From an uncultured virus (IMG/VR IMGVR_UViG_3300021084_000006) (lineage: Duplodnaviria > Heunggongvirae > Uroviricota > Caudoviricetes), in IMG/VR virus record IMGVR_UViG_3300021084_000006, positions 1-64,000 of that record: DNA of 64,000 nucleotides. The stretch is one strand, 5' to 3'. Both the position numbers and the translations under genes were made by a program. This document shows, one piece after another, positions 54,924 through 63,331 of the stretch (the stretch's first letter is position 1; the number at the start of each line of letters is the position of its first letter). The notes under the pieces were generated by a model. That model searched no databases, was not told the origin of the DNA, and worked only from the letters and a program-made list of their open reading frames with translations.

Positions 54924-54948
54924 AAAAAAAAGCCCAAATTAATGGGCT
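54924..54948 (-). terminator. Intrinsic terminator inside the replication block
   Basis: Minus strand AGCCCA-TTAATT-TGGGCT followed by T7. Confidence 0.7.
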
Positions 54949-54981
54949 CCTTTACATTATTTAATAAATAGAATAGGCTAC

Positions 54982-55398
54982 TTATTGACCAGGCATGATA
55001 ATTTTAGAAACTTTTGTTTCTTCAATATCTACAAAAAATTGTTTGTAATCATAAGAAGATGCATTGATTGCAAATATATTAATAAAGTCTTCAATGTCTT
55101 TTTTATCTGATAAATAAAATTCAGAAAAAGTATCCACTAATCTTCTTTCTTCTTTATGTGTTTTACCTGTTTGCTTATTAGGTGTCTTAAGTCTCATAGG
55201 TTGACCATCATCATCTAACTTAGGAACCATATGATAGGATTGTTTCATCACTTTACTGATGACTGCTAAAATGCCTGACGTAGGGTCAAACATAGCTTCT
55301 GTATAAGGTGAGTCATTACTGACTGGAATCATTGTAAATGATTTAGCATTTCTAAAACTAGAACTTACTAACATCATATTTTGTCCAATTTTTGACAT
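54982..55398 (-). CDS. Hypothetical protein
   Basis: 138-aa ORF with its own upstream promoter box and downstream terminator. Confidence 0.7.
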   Translation of the reverse strand: MSKIGQNMMLVSSSFRNAKSFTMIPVSNDSPYTEAMFDPTSGILAVISKVMKQSYHMVPKLDDDGQPMRLKTPNKQTGKTHKEERRLVDTFSEFYLSDKKDIEDFINIFAINASSYDYKQFFVDIEETKVSKIIMPGQ

Positions 55399-55410
55399 AT
55401 TGATTTTTTT

Positions 55411-55986
55411 TTATTTAGGCAAATATACATTACATTCTTTTAATAAAGAAAGAAATGCACCATTTTTATTAATAACTGTTTCTTTTATCAAGTCTGGCGG
55501 GCTGCATAATTCAAACACATCTTCTAAAAGTTCTACTTCAACATCTAGCTCATCAGCATAAAATTCATGAAATCCTTCTGGTGATAAAAATGCTTCAACA
55601 AAGTCTGAAGATTTAGAATCACTAAAGAAATCTATAATTATTACCTTAGAGTTTAAACTAAATTGAGAATATTTTCCTTTTAGAAATTTGTTAAAGTCAC
55701 TTTTATAGCCTGAGAAATCAAAAACAAATAAATGTTTATTATCTCCCAGGTCTATATACTCATCAAATTTAGGATGGTTTCTTATGTATCTTTTACAGAA
55801 CTTATCAAATGAATCACACATTTTAACTTTGTATTCACAAAGAAATTTGTAATCATCAAAAGAGTGCACATTATCCATAGCTATATAAGTTTGCTTTGGA
55901 ACGTATGCCAATCCTTTCTTTAAATCCAATAAAGGATAAAGAAAGACCCTACTCTTCTGAAAATAATCTGTATACACAATACCCAT
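55411..55986 (-). CDS. Hypothetical protein
   Basis: 'YFQKSRVFLYPLL..FLKGKYSQFS'; start revised to ATG 55986, adjacent to the upstream stop. Confidence 0.65.
   Translation of the reverse strand: MGIVYTDYFQKSRVFLYPLLDLKKGLAYVPKQTYIAMDNVHSFDDYKFLCEYKVKMCDSFDKFCKRYIRNHPKFDEYIDLGDNKHLFVFDFSGYKSDFNKFLKGKYSQFSLNSKVIIIDFFSDSKSSDFVEAFLSPEGFHEFYADELDVEVELLEDVFELCSPPDLIKETVINKNGAFLSLLKECNVYLPK
55420..55427 (-). promoter_or_regulatory. Bacteroidota-type -7 promoter box TATATTTG
   Basis: Exact TAnnTTTG match 21 nt upstream of ATG 55398, inside the end of the upstream gene. Confidence 0.55.
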
Positions 55987-55987
55987 A

Positions 55988-56986
55988 CTATAATCTAACT
56001 TTTTCAATTAAGAAATTATAAGGTAAGCTATAATTTCTTTCATTATAATGGTATTCTGCAGCCTTAATTACATTACTAAAAGCTTGCGCCCATTTATTAA
56101 GTGTAGCATCTGTAACTTCAAAAGTATAAACTTGGTTATATTTATCTATAACAACAAACTTAAACTCAATCTTATACTCATCTACATTATCAATTGATTT
56201 ACTTATATCTTCATAAACAAGTTTACAATAAATAGCAGCTTGAAGCCAGTAGTTATAAAACTCTACTGTATCATTAAAGTCAGCTATTGTTTTACCTGTA
56301 GTTTTAAGATCACATATAGTTATAAGCTTCTCATCATGATTAACTTTATAGTAATCTATGTAACCATGCAAACCAAAAGGCATTTTAGATAATGTACAAC
56401 TCAGATATTTTTCTGCATGAGTTTCTATTGGGTCTAAATCAAAGTCTGTTGAAACTTCTTCAAATATTGCCATAACATCACTGTTACTTTTAATAAACTC
56501 TGCCTGCTCTGTACACTTTAATAAAGTATCTTGATCTACAACATCAACGTTTTTGTTAGATAAGAATTCCCAATAAGGTTCAAACTCATCTTTTATAATC
56601 TTAACAATACGTTGCTCATCTGTTTTTAGAGACTGATACAAATTCATTTCTTTGAGTGAATCCAATACTATTTCAGATGGGACATCAAATAACTTTTCTG
56701 CATCAGTATATAAAGACATGTTCTTTAAAACCTTTCTAACACTATCTGATGGTGCTTTACCAGGTACAATACTAAACTTGTTCTCAACGTTTTCAGGTTC
56801 AAACACCAAACAATGTACAAGCTTGCCTTCTACTAAATGTTTATCTGTTCTAACCTCACGGTCATTTAAAATATAGTCCTTATAAAATAAGGATGGTGAA
56901 AATAAAAGTTTATTTAAAGAAGAGTAGCTAAACTTAAATTTATCATTTGAGTAAAACTGCTCTTCTTTTTCAATGTTTCTATTCAT
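55988..56986 (-). CDS. PD-(D/E)XK exonuclease (RecB/RecE/Cas4-like fold)
   Basis: 'FSYSSLN..GKLVHCL..EKYL..GYID..ICDLKTT..YWLQAAIY'. Confidence 0.85.
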   Translation of the reverse strand: MNRNIEKEEQFYSNDKFKFSYSSLNKLLFSPSLFYKDYILNDREVRTDKHLVEGKLVHCLVFEPENVENKFSIVPGKAPSDSVRKVLKNMSLYTDAEKLFDVPSEIVLDSLKEMNLYQSLKTDEQRIVKIIKDEFEPYWEFLSNKNVDVVDQDTLLKCTEQAEFIKSNSDVMAIFEEVSTDFDLDPIETHAEKYLSCTLSKMPFGLHGYIDYYKVNHDEKLITICDLKTTGKTIADFNDTVEFYNYWLQAAIYCKLVYEDISKSIDNVDEYKIEFKFVVIDKYNQVYTFEVTDATLNKWAQAFSNVIKAAEYHYNERNYSLPYNFLIEKVRL

Positions 56987-58145
56987 TAATTGAGTTATTA
57001 TATTTTTCCTTTAATACAAGATGTTCTAAATCAACTTTAAATACTTCAGCTCCTGGTCCTACCATTGCATTTAAGCATTTATTGAGAAATAAAGATCTGG
57101 TATTGTCAACAGCAAATTTAGTTAATTTTCTATCTTCTGTCAAAGCCATGATGTATCTATTATAAGAATAAACATTATTAGTATCATGACCACCTTCATA
57201 TGATTTTAACCGTGACCTCATAGCTTTTACATTTACTGTATTCCAATTATTAGTAGCTTTCATCCAATCATAGTGCCACCAATACAAACTAGATACTACA
57301 TTAAATGATTTTTCTATATTAGAATTAGCTAGCATTTCAAGAGCCAATGTTCTATTTTCTATATCATTACTTGTAATCATCTGTTCTATGGTACCGTATT
57401 GATCATCTTCAATAATTGCTAAATCTTCATCAATTATTTCAGTTATTGCAGTATCAAATACAACAGTAGCTACAGAATTAACAACTCTATCATAATCTTT
57501 AACTTTACCTTTTTCAATCATAACTACTCTAGATCCTAGATTTGCTGCTTCATGAAAAGGTTCTGTAATCTTAAGAAATTGGTCTCTCCATAACTGAACA
57601 TTATTACTACTATTATAGTAGTGTTGATTAAAAGCAACAATAGAGTTTTGATCCATTCCAGATAGTTTTTCTCTAAGCTGATTAAGAGCTCCATCAGTAA
57701 ACATACCTTTCTCTTTTGCTATAATACAAACTCTAACGAAGTCTCTGTAATCTAAAAATTTATTACTATACCAATTGTATGTGAATAAAGATTCTAAAAA
57801 CTTATATGACACTACATGTATGTCTGCCTTATCACTATTCCTAGTAATTTTACAATCAAACCTTTCCTTTAACAAATCAAACTTTTGTCTTGGTAAGTTT
57901 AATTTAGGATATCTATAAATCTTTACATCTTGTAAGCTAATAACAGATGGTTGCTGTTTACCAGTAACTATGTTATGTAACCCAAAATTTGCAAGATCAT
58001 CACCTGATAAATGATAGTTATCACTACTACCAACATACAGTTCATCTGTTAGTTCTATATCAAATGCTCCAGATGTTAGTTCAACGTTTTTGTTGACTGT
58101 AACATCATCTCTCTTTAAATTAAAATTATATATTTTTTTAGTCAT
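56979..58145 (-). CDS. Hypothetical protein, possible BRCT-like domain; paralogous to next gene
   Basis: 'KIYRYPKLNLPRQKFDLLKERFDCKITRNSDKADIHVV'. Confidence 0.5.
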   Translation of the reverse strand: MTKKIYNFNLKRDDVTVNKNVELTSGAFDIELTDELYVGSSDNYHLSGDDLANFGLHNIVTGKQQPSVISLQDVKIYRYPKLNLPRQKFDLLKERFDCKITRNSDKADIHVVSYKFLESLFTYNWYSNKFLDYRDFVRVCIIAKEKGMFTDGALNQLREKLSGMDQNSIVAFNQHYYNSSNNVQLWRDQFLKITEPFHEAANLGSRVVMIEKGKVKDYDRVVNSVATVVFDTAITEIIDEDLAIIEDDQYGTIEQMITSNDIENRTLALEMLANSNIEKSFNVVSSLYWWHYDWMKATNNWNTVNVKAMRSRLKSYEGGHDTNNVYSYNRYIMALTEDRKLTKFAVDNTRSLFLNKCLNAMVGPGAEVFKVDLEHLVLKEKYNNSINE

Positions 58146-59175
58146 TTTTTAAATATTTTTGATATTCTTTTTTTACAGCTACTTTAAAAGTATAAAGATC
58201 CCTGTTATGAATGCTTATTTCTTTTCTTACTATAGGTTCTAAATATCTGAAACTTGTTTTACATAACAATTCTCTCTCTTCTAACCAAAGTATCATGTCC
58301 TGAGCACTCTTTCTTTCAAAATCAAGAAATCCAGATTCTTTTAACCAATACTGTAGATCTTTATCTCTGTTATCTGCATATGTTATACTACTACAGTCTT
58401 GTGAAAATTGCCATAATAAATGATAATTTTTTTTATAATCTATAGTAGGAACAATTTTAAGAGCTAAGGCCTTATCATCACCATAAGCCTTTAATTGCGC
58501 TTTTAAATCATTAAACAGACCTTCATCAAGAGTCATTTTAGTAGCAGATGCATGTAACACAGTCTCAGGATCAATAACACTAACATGTGTGGTATCAATT
58601 ATATGAGCCAAGTTTATAGCCATACCAGTAAGCATCCAGGTATCATATAGACTATCATTTATATCTATATCATAATATCTTACATTGTCTGTAATCTTAG
58701 GTGTAATAATACATTCTAAACCAGAATCTGAGACTTTTTTTAGGACACCTGTTTTTGTTGCATCTCCCATTGTAGTTTCATAATTCCATATCTTATTCAT
58801 CATTATAGTAGACGGGATATTTTCCGCATTCTGTAATGTATGAGTAGAAATATCCTCATGCCCAATTATAAGATCTGCTAATTCATAATCATTTGTAACA
58901 GTTATACCGTGCTCTTTAAGAGCAGCCTTTAATCTATCTTGTGATACATTACACTTAGGTAGTATAAAAGCTTTCTTTTTGGTTCTAAAAGTTTGGTCAT
59001 CTTCTGTGGGGACCGTTAATATACTGTGTATTTTTTCATATGTTGTTTGATCTTGAGTACATAATACTTTATTACAGTCTGTATTAGAGAGGACACCATA
59101 AACGGTGTCACTCTCCAATGCAAAGTAATTTAAAGCATCAGTATCAAAATCTTGATATACTGATTTATTTGCCAT
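58138..59175 (-). CDS. Hypothetical protein, possible BRCT-like domain
   Basis: 'KAFILPKCNVSQDRLKAALKEHGITVTNDYELADLIIG'. Confidence 0.5.
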   Translation of the reverse strand: MANKSVYQDFDTDALNYFALESDTVYGVLSNTDCNKVLCTQDQTTYEKIHSILTVPTEDDQTFRTKKKAFILPKCNVSQDRLKAALKEHGITVTNDYELADLIIGHEDISTHTLQNAENIPSTIMMNKIWNYETTMGDATKTGVLKKVSDSGLECIITPKITDNVRYYDIDINDSLYDTWMLTGMAINLAHIIDTTHVSVIDPETVLHASATKMTLDEGLFNDLKAQLKAYGDDKALALKIVPTIDYKKNYHLLWQFSQDCSSITYADNRDKDLQYWLKESGFLDFERKSAQDMILWLEERELLCKTSFRYLEPIVRKEISIHNRDLYTFKVAVKKEYQKYLKND

Positions 59176-59176
59176 T

Positions 59177-60445
59177 TTATTTCATTGTCATTTTAACAAT
59201 CTCAGGGATCATCATTAATTTATTGAACTTTTGTTTATTACCACTAAATATTGATCTTACAATCAAATATTTTAAGTCATTAGTAAAATAGTCTTCAGTA
59301 CATAGTGTCTTTAGTCTATCTGTATTCTTTTGACTTACGGTATTTTCTTTAGAATACACAACAGCATAATTTGCTAAACGTGTAGCTAATGTAGATGCTA
59401 TATCAGCACGGTAATTATCATCCTTACCAATACAACTTCTAAGTTCACCTAAAATATATTGCTGATTATCATGTGTCAACAAATCTTTTGGTGTTACAAG
59501 CTTATCAAGTTTATTATTAATGAAGGTTGTGAACATTGATGCAAAAGCATCACCTACACTACCCTCACCAATCATTTGAATCATGCTGAGGTTATCTTCA
59601 AAATTATCAAAACTTGATATAGCATTAAAGAATGTAGTAATAGATCTTGCATTTGTTTCTTGAGTTACTAACTCAGGATTCAATAACAAAAAGTTAATAC
59701 ATCTAGAATCTACACCTGCTTCTTCTGCCCATTGAGCCCATACATTAACATCAAACTTAAGATTTGCGGTTACATATCTAGTCTTCTGTGCACTATCTAC
59801 ACTGTTAACCATATAATCTCCGTTATCCGGGTTAGCTGTTAATATAATATGCCAATCCTGTGGTAGTGTCCATGAAATATAAGACTGTCTGTCAATCAAT
59901 TCCATACAAGCTTGAATAAAACGTACATCAGCACGGTTCCAGTCATCTAGTAATAAGATACCACCTGATTTTTTATCAGCAATCCACTCTGGTGGACAAT
60001 AAGACATTCTGTTCTTACCAGTCATTTTGTATCCATTTTTTAGATACTCTTGTACAGCAAGTTCATCAACCCATAAACCAACTTTTTTGGTTTTTGCTTG
60101 AGGCATCTTTGCCAGAGATGATGATGCAGCAGCTCTTTGTGCAGCAGTATAAGATATGTCATTTTTATTTTCTGAAACTTTTGTCTCTTTATACATTTGG
60201 AATTGTCTAACTGGGAAACCTACTAAGTCACCTAGCTCTTCTATCTGTGCTAAGTTTAACTTAACAAAGTTTAAATCATTCTCTTTAGCTAGTTCAACAA
60301 TGGTTGACGTTTTACCAATACCTGATTCACCAACAACCTCAACAGATACAGATTGCTTACCTTCTTTTTGTAAGAATCTGTTGTTTGTGATTATGTGGTT
60401 TACAAATCCTTTTAGTTCTGTAGCATTTAAATTTACTTGACCCAT
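59177..60445 (-). CDS. MoxR-like AAA+ ATPase
   Basis: Walker A GESGIGKT, DLVGFP, Walker B LLLDDWNRA, sensor LTANP, 'VDSAQKTRY', 'NARS'. Confidence 0.85.
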   Translation of the reverse strand: MGQVNLNATELKGFVNHIITNNRFLQKEGKQSVSVEVVGESGIGKTSTIVELAKENDLNFVKLNLAQIEELGDLVGFPVRQFQMYKETKVSENKNDISYTAAQRAAASSSLAKMPQAKTKKVGLWVDELAVQEYLKNGYKMTGKNRMSYCPPEWIADKKSGGILLLDDWNRADVRFIQACMELIDRQSYISWTLPQDWHIILTANPDNGDYMVNSVDSAQKTRYVTANLKFDVNVWAQWAEEAGVDSRCINFLLLNPELVTQETNARSITTFFNAISSFDNFEDNLSMIQMIGEGSVGDAFASMFTTFINNKLDKLVTPKDLLTHDNQQYILGELRSCIGKDDNYRADIASTLATRLANYAVVYSKENTVSQKNTDRLKTLCTEDYFTNDLKYLIVRSIFSGNKQKFNKLMMIPEIVKMTMK

Positions 60446-60460
60446 TTTTACTTTTTTAAT

Positions 60461-61624
60461 TTAATTTAGTTTTATCTTTTGTCCTGGTAATTCATCATTT
60501 ATCTCTGATATACTGCTATGTACCCATAGGGTATTTTTTGGACAGTCATCAGGAGAATATGCTTCACCGTCTGTTAAATATATAAGAGCTGTATAAACTC
60601 CTTTCTTTTCATTATAGTGATCAATTACTGGTTGGAAGCTTGTTCCACCACGACCATGTATTTCCCAATCTTTTTTAGGATTGAATTCTTTTACACTTTT
60701 AAGCTGTGTATCACACTGTGCAACTGTAATCTTATGACCAGTTTTATGCATATGTGCTAACTCAGAGAAGAATTCTTTTAGTTCTTCTGTATTTACAGAT
60801 CCTGATGTATCAACACCAACAAGTATGTGATTCTTAAACTTTATCTTTAAACCTGGATTCTCAGAATAACGTTTATTATACTTACGTCTCATTTTTCTAG
60901 TGTAAACTATACTTGAATTACCAACAAACCTTCTTAAGTAAGCTTTCCAATTAAACTTTGCAGGTTCAACATGCATTAACTTGTGAATTAGTTCTGCTAA
61001 CTCTCCTGGCACACTACCTTGCTTTTTAAGAGTTTCTTGTGTTGCTTCCTTAAGCTGATGATCAACCTGTTTTTGTACAAGCTTTTTATCTGCTTCAGAT
61101 AAATCATCAAATTCATTCCATGTACCATGACAATATTGTGATTCACCATTCATTTCATCCATTAGATTATCTAATGAAGGAGAACTCCCATCTTGCTGCG
61201 CTTGTTCCAAAAGTTTATAATATTCTTTTGTTCCTGCTTTAGTAGGAAGATTTAATTCAGGAAAACTTGAGAGTAATAAACCACCTTCAGGTAATTTACT
61301 TTCCAGTATGTACTGGTTGATCTCTAAATCAGCAGCTATGTTAAATAACTTATGATTAGAATATAGATCTCTCATTACTAAGTGCCCAAATGCAATGTGT
61401 AATAGCTCATGCTTTACCAAACCATACCTATGATCTTCACTTAAGTTTAAGTAAAAATCAGGATTGATTGTTAACTGCATGCCAATACCGTGTTTACTAA
61501 CACCTGCTGTAGGTATTTTATCACTGTATTGTTTATTTATACCAATTAAAAAAAGCCCGTAAAAGGGCTCTTCAAATATTAAACTTTTAGTTGTCCGTGC
61601 AACTATATCTTGTATGTTCATCAT
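60461..61624 (-). CDS. Metallopeptidase-like + vWA domain protein (DUF2201-type)
   Basis: HELLH..H, NIAADLEINQ; C-terminal VDTSGS, GRGGTSFQP, YLTDG. Confidence 0.85.
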   Translation of the reverse strand: MMNIQDIVARTTKSLIFEEPFYGLFLIGINKQYSDKIPTAGVSKHGIGMQLTINPDFYLNLSEDHRYGLVKHELLHIAFGHLVMRDLYSNHKLFNIAADLEINQYILESKLPEGGLLLSSFPELNLPTKAGTKEYYKLLEQAQQDGSSPSLDNLMDEMNGESQYCHGTWNEFDDLSEADKKLVQKQVDHQLKEATQETLKKQGSVPGELAELIHKLMHVEPAKFNWKAYLRRFVGNSSIVYTRKMRRKYNKRYSENPGLKIKFKNHILVGVDTSGSVNTEELKEFFSELAHMHKTGHKITVAQCDTQLKSVKEFNPKKDWEIHGRGGTSFQPVIDHYNEKKGVYTALIYLTDGEAYSPDDCPKNTLWVHSSISEINDELPGQKIKLN

Positions 61625-61626
61625 AT

Positions 61627-61917
61627 CTATATAATTTTATCTAATATTTTTTTATAAGTTTCTTCATTATATGTACCACCAATATCAATAAGTATACATT
61701 TTATTGTAAGAGAACCTAAAGAATATTTAATGTTTCTACTTTTCAAAAACAATTTTCTTGCATCATAATGCAAAGCTTTAGCAAATAGCTTATCAGTTAT
61801 ATATTTATCTTGTAACTCTAAACTATTATAACAATGCATTCCTAAATCAAAATCAACAGGTAGGCCATTAAGTAATCTTAAAATATTAAAGAAATCACTT
61901 TTCTTTATTACATTCAT
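61627..61917 (-). CDS. Hypothetical protein
   Basis: 96-aa ORF in operon. Confidence 0.55.
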   Translation of the reverse strand: MNVIKKSDFFNILRLLNGLPVDFDLGMHCYNSLELQDKYITDKLFAKALHYDARKLFLKSRNIKYSLGSLTIKCILIDIGGTYNEETYKKILDKII

Positions 61918-62293
61918 CAGTTAATATTTCTATCCATACTCCAGGATTCTGTTTATCATATGTATATTGAATAAATACAGGAAGAATAAACTCTGCATTA
62001 TCATCCTCAATCCAACCCGCTTTAACCATATCATCTTGAACTGTTTGTGCAGGATTGATGTAATCAAATTTATGTTTGGTACCCCTTACAAATGTAAAAG
62101 ATATCTTAGCCGGCAAAGTACATTTAGATAATTCTGCTTTAAACTCTTCAGCATACTTTTCATAGTATTCTTTAGTAAGCTTTCTATAGTTAACTACTGT
62201 CTTACTAGCTATAAAGTATTTACCCGTCCATCTTCTTCCATTTTTACTGGAAGGTACGGAACCTGGTATCCACCATTTTTTTGGTTTTTTCAT
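61895..62293 (-). CDS. RusA-like Holliday junction resolvase
   Basis: 'IPGSVPSSKN', 'FDYINPAQTVQDDMVKAGWIEDDN'. Confidence 0.7.
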   Translation of the reverse strand: MKKPKKWWIPGSVPSSKNGRRWTGKYFIASKTVVNYRKLTKEYYEKYAEEFKAELSKCTLPAKISFTFVRGTKHKFDYINPAQTVQDDMVKAGWIEDDNAEFILPVFIQYTYDKQNPGVWIEILTDECNKEK

Positions 62294-62294
62294 A

Positions 62295-63269
62295 TTATTT
62301 ATTAAGTGTTTGCTTTAGTAATGGTTTTAATGCTTCATGTAACTTATCAAAGCCATGTTTTTCCATAGCATCTGATATGTCTTTGCATATAGTTAAGTAA
62401 CATCCTTGAATATTATATGCATTTGCATATCTTTCAATTGCTTTAAAACCTGCTTCATCATTATCAAACAATGTAATAACCTTTTTATACTTTTTTTTAA
62501 AGTTTTGTATAATGTGAGGTTTAATTATAGTATTCTCTGAGTCTGGTGCTACAACTTCAACGTTATAACCCATACTTTTTAAACACATTGCATCTTTTAA
62601 TGATGAACATATTACTAAATAAGGTTTCTCATATTTCAATTGATCTAGTCCCTGAAGATAAGTATTAACTTTATGAAATCTATGTTTACTCTTGGGTTGA
62701 TATATTTTATATACTTCTCCATGTTTATTAAAGTAACCATAAATTCTTGGTGCCTGTATTTTCAATGTATTAATGTGGCCATCTTCTTGCTTTATGAGAT
62801 TATAATACTCAATTGGCTTGACATTATACAAATCCAACATAGACATACCTATCCTATAGGATAACCAGTAATCTGCATCTAATTGATTCCAAGGTCTGTG
62901 TTTTATAAAATCCACTTCCCATTTAGATACAGGTTTAAATTCAATTTTAGCTTTACCATTCTGCTTGACATATATATTATAGTCAGATATAATTTTCATT
63001 ACAGCTTTAGTATAACCAATATTAAACATAAGTTTTACTAAGTCAACTTTATTACCATTATTACCAGTTGAGAAGTCTTTAAATTTATATTGACTTATTC
63101 TTGGGTCAACATAAACACAAAAGCTTGGTGTTTTCTCATTAGGATTAAATACTGAATGTATTTTATATCCTGGTCCTGTTAAGGTTTCTGATAAATTTAA
63201 ATAATATTGAAACACCCAATAACTTGGTATATCATCTATTTCTAATACTAAATTTTTAGTGTTAAACAT
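62295..63269 (-). CDS. DNA primase (DnaG/TOPRIM type)
   Basis: 'EKTPSF..FKDFSTG..G', 'KIYQP', 'ICSSLKDAM', 'APDSE', 'LFDNDEAG', 'KDISD'; start revised to ATG 63269 because the track's 63299 lies inside a terminator hairpin. Confidence 0.85.
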   Translation of the reverse strand: MFNTKNLVLEIDDIPSYWVFQYYLNLSETLTGPGYKIHSVFNPNEKTPSFCVYVDPRISQYKFKDFSTGNNGNKVDLVKLMFNIGYTKAVMKIISDYNIYVKQNGKAKIEFKPVSKWEVDFIKHRPWNQLDADYWLSYRIGMSMLDLYNVKPIEYYNLIKQEDGHINTLKIQAPRIYGYFNKHGEVYKIYQPKSKHRFHKVNTYLQGLDQLKYEKPYLVICSSLKDAMCLKSMGYNVEVVAPDSENTIIKPHIIQNFKKKYKKVITLFDNDEAGFKAIERYANAYNIQGCYLTICKDISDAMEKHGFDKLHEALKPLLKQTLNK

Positions 63270-63282
63270 ATTAATCAAATTG

Positions 63283-63309
63283 AAAAAAAAAGGGGGCATT
63301 ACACCCCCT
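63283..63309 (-). terminator. Intrinsic terminator after the SSB-like gene
   Basis: Minus strand AGGGGG-TGTAATG-CCCCCT followed by T8. Confidence 0.75.
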
Positions 63310-63331
63310 CTAATTTTAGGTTAATTTCTGA

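Noticed and set aside
55988..56986. Cas4 / CRISPR adaptation gene
   Set aside because: No four-Cys Fe-S motif, array or other cas genes; ordinary phage PD-(D/E)XK exonuclease context
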